In this document: positions 16,954-25,474 of the stretch, in pieces
Numbering within the stretch: the stretch's first letter is position 1
Layout: every line of letters starts with the position of its first letter
Assembly: GCA_028716485.1 (NCBI GenBank)
Contig: JAQUPS010000007.1
Coordinates: forward strand, 1 to 63,343
Source: Patescibacteria group bacterium
GTDB taxonomy: Bacteria > Patescibacteriota > Patescibacteriia > Patescibacteriales > WJLG01
Length of the DNA: 63,343 nt
Direction of reading: 5' to 3'
Made by a program: the position numbers and the translations under genes
The notes under the pieces: generated by a model
What the model was told of the DNA's origin: nothing
Databases searched by the model: none
What the model saw: only the letters and a program-made list of their open reading frames with translations

Positions 16954-18738
16954 CTACTTTTCGTCTATCTTGATATGAAGTTCTTTGAGCTGTTTGGGCG
17001 CAACTTCCGCGGGCGAGTCCATCATCACGTCGCGGCCGGCGCCGTCTTTGGGGAAGGCGTAAATGTCGCGGATTGAATCGCAATCCATAAAAATCATCAG
17101 TAGGCGGTCAAAACCGATGGCCGCTCCTCCGTGCGGCGGAGCGCCGAATTCAAAAGCTCTAAGCATGGCGCCGAATTTTTTATCAACCTCGTCGGCGGTA
17201 TAGCCGGCGACTTCAAAAGCCTTATACATTATTTTCGGATCATGGTTGCGGATGGCGCCGGATAAAATTTCAAAGCCGTTGCAGGCCAAATCATATTGAT
17301 TGGCTTTGATATTCAGGGGCTGTTCTTTTTCCAGAGCCTCGAGGCCGCCGGACGGCATAGAGAAAGGATTGTGTTCAAAATCGACTTTTCCCGGCTCGAT
17401 TTCCGACATCGAATACATCGGAAAGTCGATGATCCAGGCAAAGGATATTTTTTTCGGGTCTTTCAAGCCCAATAATTCACCGCATTTGGAACGCACCGCG
17501 CCCAACGCCGAGCAAACTGTCTTGAAATTATCCGCGCCGAAAAAAATTATATCGCCGGTTTTAGCGCCGACTTCGGCAATGATTTTGTTCATCAATTCAT
17601 CGCCCAAAAATTTATTGATCGGCGAAGCCGGTCCTTCGGGACGCATTTGGATATAGGCTAAACCTTTCGCGCCTTTTGTTCTGGCTAATTCGGTCAAATC
17701 ATCGATAATACTGCGGCTGAACTGATTACCGCCGTCGATCTTCAAAGCATGCACGACACCGCCGTCTTTAATGACGCTGGCAAAGACAGAAAAACCGCAA
17801 TCAGCCGGGATTAACCCGGTAATCGGCTTAATCGGCAGTTCAAAACGCAAGTCGGGCTTGTCCGAACCGTAGATCGCCAAAGCGTCTTTATAAGCAACCC
17901 GCGGGAAAGGCTTGGTGACAATTTTTTTATCAGTGAACTTTTCCGTCAACTCAATCATTAAAGGTTCAGTGACCGCCCAAACATCTTCCTGATTGACAAA
18001 ACTCATTTCAAAATCAATCTGATAAAAATCCCCCGGATGGCGATCGGCTCGCGGGTCTTCATCGCGGAAACAAGGCGCGACCTGGAAATAGCGGTCAACG
18101 CCGGCAACCATCAATAGTTGTTTGAATTGCTGCGGCGCTTGCGGCAGAGCGTAAAATTTCCCCGGATAAAGACGCGAAGGCACCAGATAATCGCGCGCGC
18201 CTTCAGGTGAGGAATTGGCCAAAATCGGAGTCTGGATATCGATAAAATTATGCTTATGAAAATACTCACGGATAGTGACAATGAACTCGTCGCGCTTTTT
18301 CATGATGTTCTGCAACTTTTCCCGGCGCAAATCCAGAAAACGATATTTCAAGCGCAGATTTTCATTTGCCTGGCTTTCTTTTTCTTCTTCAATCTCAAAC
18401 GGCAAGGATTTGCATTTATTCAAAATATTCAGAGACAAGACTTCCAATTCTATTTCGCCCGTGGCCAATTTGGGATTTACCATTTCGGCCGGCCTGCCCG
18501 CGACCTTGCCCTTAACATTAATCACCCATTCGCTTCTTAATTGGTCGGCTTCTTGCATCAATTCCGCGCTGGAGCCGTGATTAACATCGAACTTGATCTG
18601 CGTCACGCCATAACGGTCGCGCAAGTCGATAAAAATTACCCCGCCATGATCGCGGCGGCGATAAACCCAGCCGGAAAGTTCGATTGTACCTCCGATATTT
18701 TCTTTACGTAATTCTCCGCAAGTATGAGTTCTTAACAT
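16954..18738 (-). CDS. aspS: Aspartyl-tRNA synthetase
   Basis: MLRTHTCGELR start at 18738; the track start at 18756 is 6 codons longer. Class II motifs FRDEDPRADR and GGAAIGFDRL. Confidence 0.95.
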   Translation of the reverse strand: MLRTHTCGELRKENIGGTIELSGWVYRRRDHGGVIFIDLRDRYGVTQIKFDVNHGSSAELMQEADQLRSEWVINVKGKVAGRPAEMVNPKLATGEIELEVLSLNILNKCKSLPFEIEEEKESQANENLRLKYRFLDLRREKLQNIMKKRDEFIVTIREYFHKHNFIDIQTPILANSSPEGARDYLVPSRLYPGKFYALPQAPQQFKQLLMVAGVDRYFQVAPCFRDEDPRADRHPGDFYQIDFEMSFVNQEDVWAVTEPLMIELTEKFTDKKIVTKPFPRVAYKDALAIYGSDKPDLRFELPIKPITGLIPADCGFSVFASVIKDGGVVHALKIDGGNQFSRSIIDDLTELARTKGAKGLAYIQMRPEGPASPINKFLGDELMNKIIAEVGAKTGDIIFFGADNFKTVCSALGAVRSKCGELLGLKDPKKISFAWIIDFPMYSMSEIEPGKVDFEHNPFSMPSGGLEALEKEQPLNIKANQYDLACNGFEILSGAIRNHDPKIMYKAFEVAGYTADEVDKKFGAMLRAFEFGAPPHGGAAIGFDRLLMIFMDCDSIRDIYAFPKDGAGRDVMMDSPAEVAPKQLKELHIKIDEK

Positions 18739-18747
18739 GATATTTTC

Positions 18748-18826
18748 ATATAACAAATAACTCGTAACAAACTTTACGTGCTAACTGTTATGTGTTTTAT
18801 GTTATGTGTTACGTGCTTATCTTACC
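18748..18826. repeat. Heptamer-arm hairpin (ATAACA/GTAACA variant)
   Basis: ataacaaataactcgtaacaaac faces ctgttatgtgttttatgttatgtgttacg. Confidence 0.5.
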
Positions 18827-18882
18827 CGATTTTGCTGATTTTGGCAAGAAAAACCATTAAAAATAATCTTGAAAAAACTGGC

Positions 18883-19374
18883 TTACTTTCGCTTTAATTC
18901 TTCAAAATCAAGATGAGAAAAACCTATAATGGCAGCTAATTCTTTCTCGAAAGTACTGAAAAATTCGGGCAACATGGCCGCCGGATTATTTGATTCCAAA
19001 TTTTCCAGAAAAAATTTCAGCAGATTGAATATTTCGGCGCTACCGCCGATTTCGCTTTCGCGGGTCATTTTTTCCACTAAGGACAGGGCGAGGCCGGCAA
19101 GCTTTAATTTTTCCAGATCATTTTTTATTTCCGGGAAAAAATTTTCTCCGGCCGCCGTGCCGACATAATTTATATCCTTGCCAACGACGACCATCAGACG
19201 CGACAAAGTCAGGGATTCGATATGGCCGGACAATTTTGATTTTACTTTTTTCGCGCCACGCGCGATTAATTCCAGCTTGCCTTTATCTTCGCTATAACAA
19301 ACAATCCGGGAATCGTTTTCCCGGAAATCAAGGCGATTTAAAATTATGGCGCGAGTGTTGAAAGTGGATTCCAT
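18883..19374 (-). CDS. recO: DNA repair protein RecO, short form
   Basis: N-terminal OB-fold AIILNRLDFRENDSRIVCYSEDKGKLELIARGAKK. At 163 aa it lacks the usual C-terminal zinc-finger region. Confidence 0.7.
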   Translation of the reverse strand: MESTFNTRAIILNRLDFRENDSRIVCYSEDKGKLELIARGAKKVKSKLSGHIESLTLSRLMVVVGKDINYVGTAAGENFFPEIKNDLEKLKLAGLALSLVEKMTRESEIGGSAEIFNLLKFFLENLESNNPAAMLPEFFSTFEKELAAIIGFSHLDFEELKRK

Positions 19375-19444
19375 AAAATGCTAAATGCTAAATGATGAAT
19401 GCTAAATTTTTGTAACAATTTAGCATTTAGCATTTAGCATTTTA
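19375..19444. repeat. Heptamer-arm hairpin (GCTAAAT family)
   Basis: aaaatgctaaatgctaaatgatgaatgctaaat faces tttagcatttagcatttagcatttt. The right arm encodes the RuvX C-terminus. Confidence 0.8.
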
Positions 19445-19824
19445 TCTAGGTATTCTTGCAACAAGATCATCGCTGCCACTTCGTCGCGTGAGGCCTTCAA
19501 ATTCCCGCCCGGCAGGGCGTCCGCCGCTTTGCTGGAAAGACGCTCGTCGATAAAAATTATTTCCATATCCGGCAGGCGATTTTTCAGTTCTGCCGCGAAT
19601 TCCAAAAAATCTTTCGCTAAGCCTTCCTTGATACCGCGCATCTTTATCGGCTCTCCGATTACCAAAACATCGGCGTTTTCTTCCCGCGCCGTTTCCGCCA
19701 AATCGTGCGCGCCGCTTACCGTCTTGAACGGCGTGGCCAGCCTGGTTTCGCTGTCGCCCAGGCTCAAGCCGATGCGCTTGGAGCCCCAATCAACGCCGAG
19801 ATAAATTTTCAACTCTTTATCCAT
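19420..19824 (-). CDS. ruvX: Holliday junction resolvase-like protein RuvX/YqgF
   Basis: Contains YLGVDWGSKRIGLSLGD. ATG at 19824 is preferred over the TTG at 19836. The last codons (MLNAKC) are encoded by a GCTAAAT repeat arm. Confidence 0.88.
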   Translation of the reverse strand: MDKELKIYLGVDWGSKRIGLSLGDSETRLATPFKTVSGAHDLAETAREENADVLVIGEPIKMRGIKEGLAKDFLEFAAELKNRLPDMEIIFIDERLSSKAADALPGGNLKASRDEVAAMILLQEYLDKMLNAKC

Positions 19825-19827
19825 TTT

Positions 19828-19917
19828 AAATCTCAATTTTAAATTTTAAAATAAATTACAAATCAAAATTTTAAAATTGTGATTTTTGATCTATTTTGAA
19901 ATTGTGATTTTTGATTT
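19828..19917. repeat. AT-rich palindromic repeat, AAATCTCAA...AATTTTAAATTTTAAAATAA family, copy 1
   Basis: Shares aaatctcaa..ttttaaattttaaaataa with 46227-46331 and 55197-55297. Confidence 0.7.
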
Positions 19918-19922
19918 ATATT

Positions 19923-20750
19923 CTATTCGGTGATAATAATATTCCCCTTCTCCGTTATCGCCACCGTATGCTCGAAATGCGCCGAAAGCGAGCCGTCGGC
20001 GGTGATGATGGAAAATCCGTCCGAGCCGCTCTTGGTATCGCTTTTGCCGATATTCACCATCGGCTCGATCGCGATCACCATTCCCGGCTTTAAAACCGTG
20101 TCGCGGATGCCGTAAGAAACGAATTCGTAATTAAAAACTTCCGGGTCTTCATGAACCTGATGGCCGACGCCATGCCCGACCAGATCGCGAACCACGGAAA
20201 ATCCTTCCCGCTCGACGAAATTCTGCACCGCCATGCCCAGCTGATTTAATGTGCCATTCGGCTTGGCTTCTTTGATGGCGATATCCAGCGCTCTTCTGGT
20301 TACTGCTAAAAGTTTTTTGATTTTTTTATTGATCTTGCCGACCGGCATGGTAATCGCCATATCGGTATAAAATCCGCCCAAAACCGATTGCCGATTTCGC
20401 GCGCTGAATTTTCTGGCCTCTGTCTCGGAAACCGGATATTCCATGCCCAAATCCAGGCCGATTATATCGCCTTTTTTAAGGACGCGCCCGGGAACGGACA
20501 AGCCGTGAACGATTTCATTATTAATCGAAGCGCAAAGAGCGTTGGGAAAAAACCGGCCGTTTGCCACTTCATAATTCTTGAACGAGGGGCGGCCGCCAGC
20601 CTTGGCAATCAGCTGATTTGCCAAATTTTCCAGCATTGCCGTGCTCACGCCCGGTTTGACCTCGGCGGCAAGCTGCTTCAAAATCCGGGAAAGGATTTTC
20701 CCCCCGGCCCGAAGCGCGATAAGTTCTTCTCTATTATTAATAGTTATCAT
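19923..20750 (-). CDS. map: Methionine aminopeptidase type I
   Basis: Contains GDIIGLDLG, GHGVGHQVHEDP and FSIITADGSLSAHFEHTVAIT. Confidence 0.95.
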   Translation of the reverse strand: MITINNREELIALRAGGKILSRILKQLAAEVKPGVSTAMLENLANQLIAKAGGRPSFKNYEVANGRFFPNALCASINNEIVHGLSVPGRVLKKGDIIGLDLGMEYPVSETEARKFSARNRQSVLGGFYTDMAITMPVGKINKKIKKLLAVTRRALDIAIKEAKPNGTLNQLGMAVQNFVEREGFSVVRDLVGHGVGHQVHEDPEVFNYEFVSYGIRDTVLKPGMVIAIEPMVNIGKSDTKSGSDGFSIITADGSLSAHFEHTVAITEKGNIIITE

Positions 20751-20756
20751 TTATTC

Positions 20757-20862
20757 TCACGTAACATATATCACACAACAGGGAAGAATAATTGACTTGA
20801 CAAATATTTTTTTTCTTCTGACTTGTCAGAACCGGAAACGTCAGTTGTTATGTGTTATGTGA
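20757..20862. repeat. Inverted repeat (ACGTAACA variant) with 60-nt spacer
   Basis: tcacgtaacatatatcacacaacag faces cagttgttatgtgttatgtga. The right arm encodes the Adk C-terminus. The spacer holds the palindrome TCTGACTTGTCAGA. Confidence 0.55.
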
Positions 20863-21525
20863 TTTTATATCTTTCAAGATATCCTGTTGGACTTTGGCGA
20901 TACCCTGCTCGCCGTTAATCCGGAATAAAATATTTTGGGCGGAAAAATAATCAAGCAACGGATCGTTCTCGCGGTGAAAATTACGCAAGCGGCGATTGAC
21001 AGCCGAGGGTTCATCATCTTTGCGGCGCTCAATCTGGTGGCCGCAATTATCACAAATCCCTTTCTTTTTCGGCGGATTAATGTCCAAATGGTAGGTTCGG
21101 CCGCAAGCAATGCAAACCCGGCGCTTGCCCAAGCGTCTCCTGGCTTCGGCCGGACTGATGTAAATATAAAAAACTGAAACATTTTTTTCTGATTCGTGAA
21201 ATTCGCTCAAAATTTCTTCCAAATCGCGGGTTTGCTTATAGTGCCGCGGAAAACCGTCAAGGATGAAACCGTTTTTAGTGTCCGATTTTTTGAGCCGTTT
21301 TTCCATTATTTCCCTGACCATCTTGTCCGGCGCCAGAGTTCCGCGATCCATCCCTTTCCTGATCGCTTCGCCGATTTTAGTTTTATTCTTCATTTCCAGC
21401 CGCAACAGTTCGCCCGCAGAAATCGCCGGAATCTTCAAGCGTTCAGCCAGCATATCGGTCTGCGTCCCCTTGCCCGAGCCCGGTGGACCCATAAAGATTA
21501 TAACTTGCTTCTTGGTACTTTTCAT
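20848..21525 (-). CDS. adk: Adenylate kinase with zinc-lid
   Basis: P-loop is FMGPPGSGKGTQ. The lid is CIACGRTYH...CDNCG. ATG at 21523-21525 is preferred over the track start at 21609. Confidence 0.95.
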   Translation of the reverse strand: MKSTKKQVIIFMGPPGSGKGTQTDMLAERLKIPAISAGELLRLEMKNKTKIGEAIRKGMDRGTLAPDKMVREIMEKRLKKSDTKNGFILDGFPRHYKQTRDLEEILSEFHESEKNVSVFYIYISPAEARRRLGKRRVCIACGRTYHLDINPPKKKGICDNCGHQIERRKDDEPSAVNRRLRNFHRENDPLLDYFSAQNILFRINGEQGIAKVQQDILKDIKSHNT

Positions 21526-21588
21526 TTTTATTCCGACAAAATCGTCAAACAAAATTTTAAATAATTTTCGATTTGCGATTTTCGATTT

Positions 21589-21629
21589 ATGCCGACGCAA
21601 GGTCGGCATCCCGGCATTGCGTCGGGACG
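21589..21629. repeat. GC-rich twin-hairpin element, copy A
   Basis: ATGCCGAC-gcaag-GTCGGCAT followed by CCCGGC-attgc-GTCGGG. Same architecture as 46026-46065. Confidence 0.75.
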
Positions 21630-21640
21630 ATTATTAAATT

Positions 21641-22033
21641 TTATTTCCCAAAGCCCAGCGGTTTGGTCGGCGGTTTATCAGCCGGTTTGCCGGTCGCCGA
21701 CGCGTAATCGCTTTTTTGGGCAAAACCGGTTTTGGCCGAGCCATAGGCGCCCTTGGCAAAACCCAGCCTGCTTCTAACTTTTCCCACCGCGGCTCGGCCC
21801 ACTTCGCCTTCAGTAGATCCTCCCACCAGGGAAACGCGGGAACGGCTTTCGACTTCGCCGCCGGCAAAAGACGAGCGGGATGTTTTATAACCGGTCGAAC
21901 CCTGCTCCCCGGAACGGCGGGAAAGAAAAATATTCACCTTTTTTTTCTGCTCGGCCATTTTTTCCGCCTCGGCTTTTTCACTGTAAGTCAAAAGTTTTTC
22001 GTCTTTATTTATTTTTTTTGCTTGTCCAAACAT
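21641..22033 (-). CDS. Hypothetical basic low-complexity protein
   Basis: 130 aa, K/S/G/A-rich, no motif recognised. The overlapping frame 21634-21867 is a weaker alternative. Confidence 0.5.
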   Translation of the reverse strand: MFGQAKKINKDEKLLTYSEKAEAEKMAEQKKKVNIFLSRRSGEQGSTGYKTSRSSFAGGEVESRSRVSLVGGSTEGEVGRAAVGKVRSRLGFAKGAYGSAKTGFAQKSDYASATGKPADKPPTKPLGFGK

Positions 22034-22036
22034 AGG

Positions 22037-22330
22037 CTATCGGCTTAAACGCTCTAAAATATTCATGACTAATTCCATATCCCAATGCGTCAGGCTCTTA
22101 TCCGCCGCCCTGATCTTTTCCCAAATATGGAATCTATTCCCGCGGTCTAACCCGCCTCTTTTAATAATCTCCTCATAAGGGTCAATGGCATCGACAATCA
22201 AGTCAATGTCATTTCTGATATTCTTATACTCGTTTTTCAGCGTGATATCGTTTAATTTTCGCCTAAAGCCAACGTGCGGGTCATTAAGCATAAACTCCGG
22301 TCCCGGACCGGGCAATAGGGCAATGTCCAT
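22037..22330 (-). CDS. Hypothetical protein
   Basis: ATG at 22328-22330 (MDIALLPGPGPEF). Its stop lies 3 nt from the next ORF's start. No motif recognised. Confidence 0.55.
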   Translation of the reverse strand: MDIALLPGPGPEFMLNDPHVGFRRKLNDITLKNEYKNIRNDIDLIVDAIDPYEEIIKRGGLDRGNRFHIWEKIRAADKSLTHWDMELVMNILERLSR

Positions 22331-22337
22331 AGAAAAT

Positions 22338-22467
22338 AAATTATAAATTATAAATAATATTGGCAAAAAATGTCTTAACCAAATTAATTATTTTTACATA
22401 GGAATTATACTATAAATTCGCCAATAATAAAAGCCCTCAAAGGAGCTTTATTTATAATTTATAATTT
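22338..22467. repeat. Perfect 20-bp inverted repeat of AAATTAT heptamers, 90-nt spacer
   Basis: aaattataaattataaataa (22338-22357) is the exact reverse complement of 22448-22467. Confidence 0.8.
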
Positions 22468-22485
22468 GTAATTTATAATTGATTT

Positions 22486-23745
22486 TTACATCCCCTCGTA
22501 TTCGCGCATCGTCAGCTGGGCTTCGATTTGCTTGACCATATCAATAACCACCGCCACGACGATCAAGATGCTGGTGCCGCCGATGGCCAGCGAGCCGATT
22601 TGCGTGAAAGATTTGATAATGAGCGGCAAAACGGCGATCAACCCTAAAAACAAGGCGCCGACGAAAATTATCTTATAGGTCGTGTTAGCCAAGTATTCCT
22701 GCGTCTGAATGCCGGGGCGGATGCCGGGGATGAAAGCTCCCTGCTTCTGCAAATTTTCGGCGATTTGATCCGGATGGAAAATAACTTCAGTATAAAAATA
22801 GGTGAAAGCGAAAACCAAAACAAAATACATTATCCCGTAGATCAATTGATTGCTCCAAGCATGCATAATCCAGACGGCCGCATTGGCGATCCATTCGGTC
22901 TTCGCGTGCTGGAAAAACTGGGCGATCATTTCCGGAAAAAGAATCACGGAAATGGCGAAGATGATGGGAATGACGCCGCCCATATTGACGCGGAGAGGCA
23001 AATGAGTGGTTGTGCCGCCGAAAGTGCGGTTGCCGCGGATCTGCCGGGCATGCTGAACCGGAATATTCCTCTGGCCTTCATTGATAATGACAATGCCGAT
23101 AACGGTAACCACTGCCACGACCACAAAAGCCATAATGGTAAAAAGCTTAGAAGGGTCATAAACGCTGAAAGTCTGCAAAATATCCTGCGGCAAACGAGCC
23201 ACGATTCCGGCAAAGATTATCATGGAAACGCCGTTGCCGATTTTCTTTTCACTGATTAATTCGCCCAACCACATCAGAAATACCGTACCAGCCGTGGTGG
23301 TAATCATAATTGAAACAACGTCAAACGGCGTAATTTGGCTCAAATAGCTTCTCAACAGAGCGATCATGCCATAAGACTGGAGCATGGCCAGCGGCACGGT
23401 GAGCCAGCGCGTCCACATCGTCACTTTCTGCCGGCCGACCTCGTCTTTCTGCATTTGTTCCAAGGACGGAACGATCATCGCCAAAAGCTGGAAAATAATC
23501 GAGGAAGTAATATAAGGACCGACACCCATCAGCACCAGAGAAAAATTGCGCATCCCGCCGCCCGAGAACAAATTCAGCAGCCCCAGGGCCTGATTAGAGG
23601 CAAAAAGATTTTGCAAAGCCGCGATATTTACGCCGGGAACCGGAATGTGCGCGATAAGACGGTAAACCAAAAGCAACGCTAAAACAAAAAGAATATTATT
23701 CCGAAGGTCCCTCGCTTTCCAAATTTTTTCAATTTTGTCCCACAT
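22486..23745 (-). CDS. secY: Preprotein translocase subunit SecY
   Basis: 419 aa with 10 TM segments. Contains GMRNFSLVLMGVGPYITSSII and GGTSILIVVAVVIDMVKQIE. Confidence 0.97.
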   Translation of the reverse strand: MWDKIEKIWKARDLRNNILFVLALLLVYRLIAHIPVPGVNIAALQNLFASNQALGLLNLFSGGGMRNFSLVLMGVGPYITSSIIFQLLAMIVPSLEQMQKDEVGRQKVTMWTRWLTVPLAMLQSYGMIALLRSYLSQITPFDVVSIMITTTAGTVFLMWLGELISEKKIGNGVSMIIFAGIVARLPQDILQTFSVYDPSKLFTIMAFVVVAVVTVIGIVIINEGQRNIPVQHARQIRGNRTFGGTTTHLPLRVNMGGVIPIIFAISVILFPEMIAQFFQHAKTEWIANAAVWIMHAWSNQLIYGIMYFVLVFAFTYFYTEVIFHPDQIAENLQKQGAFIPGIRPGIQTQEYLANTTYKIIFVGALFLGLIAVLPLIIKSFTQIGSLAIGGTSILIVVAVVIDMVKQIEAQLTMREYEGM

Positions 23746-23747
23746 AG

Positions 23748-23790
23748 TTTCGTATTTCGTATTTCGTATTTCGTATTTCGTATTCCTTCG
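23748..23790. repeat. TCGTATT tandem heptamer x5
   Basis: tttcgtatttcgtatttcgtatttcgtatttcgtattcc, between rplO and secY. Confidence 0.85.
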
Positions 23791-23833
23791 AAATGCTAAA
23801 TATAAAATGCGAACAACACTCCCGTATTCGAAA

Positions 23834-24250
23834 TTATTTCTTTAACTGGCCGGCAATCGTCTGATTAAATTTTATTTTTTTGTCAAACTTAACTTTAACT
23901 TCCAGTTTTTCCTTGCCTAAAATCTTAACCGGTTTTTGGGCATTCTTGATCAGACATTTGGCAAACAAAGTGACGGCGGAAACTATTTCGCCGTCTTTGA
24001 AATTCTTATTGATAGCGGAAACTTTAACCACCTGATTTTTCGGCGCCAGAGAACGGAAACCGCCGATTTTCGGGGTCTGCAAAATGTGCGGGCGCATACC
24101 CAGTCTTTTCAAGCCGGTAACGCCGGAGCGGGCATTTTGACCCTTCTGACCCTTGCAGCTATAAGTACCGTGGCCGGAAGAATTGCCTCTGCCCACGCGC
24201 TTGGTTTTTTTCTGCCCTCGTTTAGCTTGAATATTGTTGAGAGATAACAT
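23834..24250 (-). CDS. rplO: 50S ribosomal protein L15
   Basis: Contains GRGNSSGHGTYSCKGQKGQNARSG. Position is between rpsE and secY. Confidence 0.95.
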   Translation of the reverse strand: MLSLNNIQAKRGQKKTKRVGRGNSSGHGTYSCKGQKGQNARSGVTGLKRLGMRPHILQTPKIGGFRSLAPKNQVVKVSAINKNFKDGEIVSAVTLFAKCLIKNAQKPVKILGKEKLEVKVKFDKKIKFNQTIAGQLKK

Positions 24251-24260
24251 ATTTTATCAG

Positions 24261-24351
24261 CGGAGCATGAGAACATAAGAGCAGGTTGCGATTTTTTATG
24301 CTTTCACGTTTCAATGCTCTATGCTCTTATGCTTTAATGCTCTTGTGCTCT
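24261..24351. repeat. Hairpin (GAGCAT/GAACAT family)
   Basis: cggagcatgagaacataagagcagg faces caatgctctatgctcttatgctttaatgctc. It fills the slot where rpmD would be and encodes the S5 C-terminus. Confidence 0.7.
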
Positions 24352-24992
24352 ATTTTATTTTCAATTCTTTTTAAACTCTTCAGGGCTTCAATCGTACAGG
24401 CCGCGTTGCTCAATTTGCTCTTGGAGCCCAGGATCTTCGAAGTGATATTTTTGACGCCGGCCAATTCCAAAATAACTCTGACCACGCCGCCGGCGATAAC
24501 GCCCTTGCCTTTCGCGGCCGGCTTGAAAAGAATCTTGGCCGCGCAATATTTATTATAAACCTGGTGAGGAATGGTATCATTGACTAACGGCACGTCGATA
24601 ATTTCTTTTCTGGCCTGATTGACCGCTTTCTTGACGGCAGCGGTTACGTCCGCCCCCTTGCCCACGCCGGTGCCGATCTTGCCTTTATGATCGCCGATAG
24701 CGACGCAAACGCGGAAACGCATTCTCTTGCCGCCGGCCATAACGCGGGTAACGCGGGCGATGTCCAAAATTCTTTCGTCGAATTCATCTCTTTTTTCCAG
24801 CTTCAAGCCGCCTTTCTTAAAACCGAAAGATCTTCTGGCGCCCTTGCCTTTTTCAACCGCAATTCCCTTGCCAGCCGGACCTTTGGTCTCTTCTGGCGCA
24901 GCCGGACCGACGATTTCTTCGATTGCTTCCGGAACCACAACTTCCGCGACTTCGGCAACTTCTTCAATTTTTTTGTCTTTCTCTTCTATCAT
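24327..24992 (-). CDS. rpsE: 30S ribosomal protein S5 with N-terminal extension
   Basis: The core is RVTRVMAGGKRMRFRVCVAIGDHKGKIGTGVGKG. About 65 aa of E/K/A/P-rich N-terminal extension precede it. The last codons are encoded by a repeat arm. Confidence 0.95.
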   Translation of the reverse strand: MIEEKDKKIEEVAEVAEVVVPEAIEEIVGPAAPEETKGPAGKGIAVEKGKGARRSFGFKKGGLKLEKRDEFDERILDIARVTRVMAGGKRMRFRVCVAIGDHKGKIGTGVGKGADVTAAVKKAVNQARKEIIDVPLVNDTIPHQVYNKYCAAKILFKPAAKGKGVIAGGVVRVILELAGVKNITSKILGSKSKLSNAACTIEALKSLKRIENKIEHKSIKA

Positions 24993-25019
24993 AAAATTAT
25001 GTTATCCTAATTTTTGTAG

Positions 25020-25382
25020 TTAGAATTTCAAGCCGCCGGCTCTGGCTCCTTCAGCCGCCGCCTTAATCCGGCCATGAAACTTGTAAAAGCTCTTATCGAA
25101 AACGGCCTGGCTGATTTTCTTGGCAATGGCTTTTTCAGCCAAAAGCTTTCCTAATTCCGCCGCCAGCTCAGTCTTATTTAATTTCTTAGTCTTGACTTCC
25201 TTGGCCACGGCGCTGACTAAAGTCTTGCCGGCCTCATCGTTGATCAGCTGCAAAGACATGCCGCGATTAGAACGAAAAACCGAAAAACGCGGACACTGAG
25301 CCGTGCCTTTTATTTTGGCGCGGATTCTCGCGTGCCGTCTGATTCTTTTAACTTGTCTAACGATTTGTTTGTCCATATTCAT
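25020..25382 (-). CDS. rplR: 50S ribosomal protein L18
   Basis: Contains RHARIRAKIKGTAQCPRFSVFRSNRGMSLQLIND. Confidence 0.95.
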   Translation of the reverse strand: MNMDKQIVRQVKRIRRHARIRAKIKGTAQCPRFSVFRSNRGMSLQLINDEAGKTLVSAVAKEVKTKKLNKTELAAELGKLLAEKAIAKKISQAVFDKSFYKFHGRIKAAAEGARAGGLKF

Positions 25383-25386
25383 GAAT

Positions 25387-25470
25387 CATGTATCAAGTAA
25401 CATGTAACATTCTGTTCTTCACAAATTTTTTCCTAGAAAATGTTACTTGCTACCTGTTACTTGCTACCTG
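25387..25470. repeat. Heptamer-arm hairpin (GTAACAT family)
   Basis: catgtatcaagtaacatgtaacat faces atgttacttgctacctgttacttgctacctg. Confidence 0.7.
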
Positions 25471-25474
25471 TTTA

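Noticed and set aside
21634-21867. 77-aa alternative frame overlapping the 130-aa hypothetical ORF.
   Set aside because: It is shorter, Pro/Trp/Arg-rich and wholly nested. The longer frame abuts the upstream ORF with a 3-nt gap. Neither is certain.
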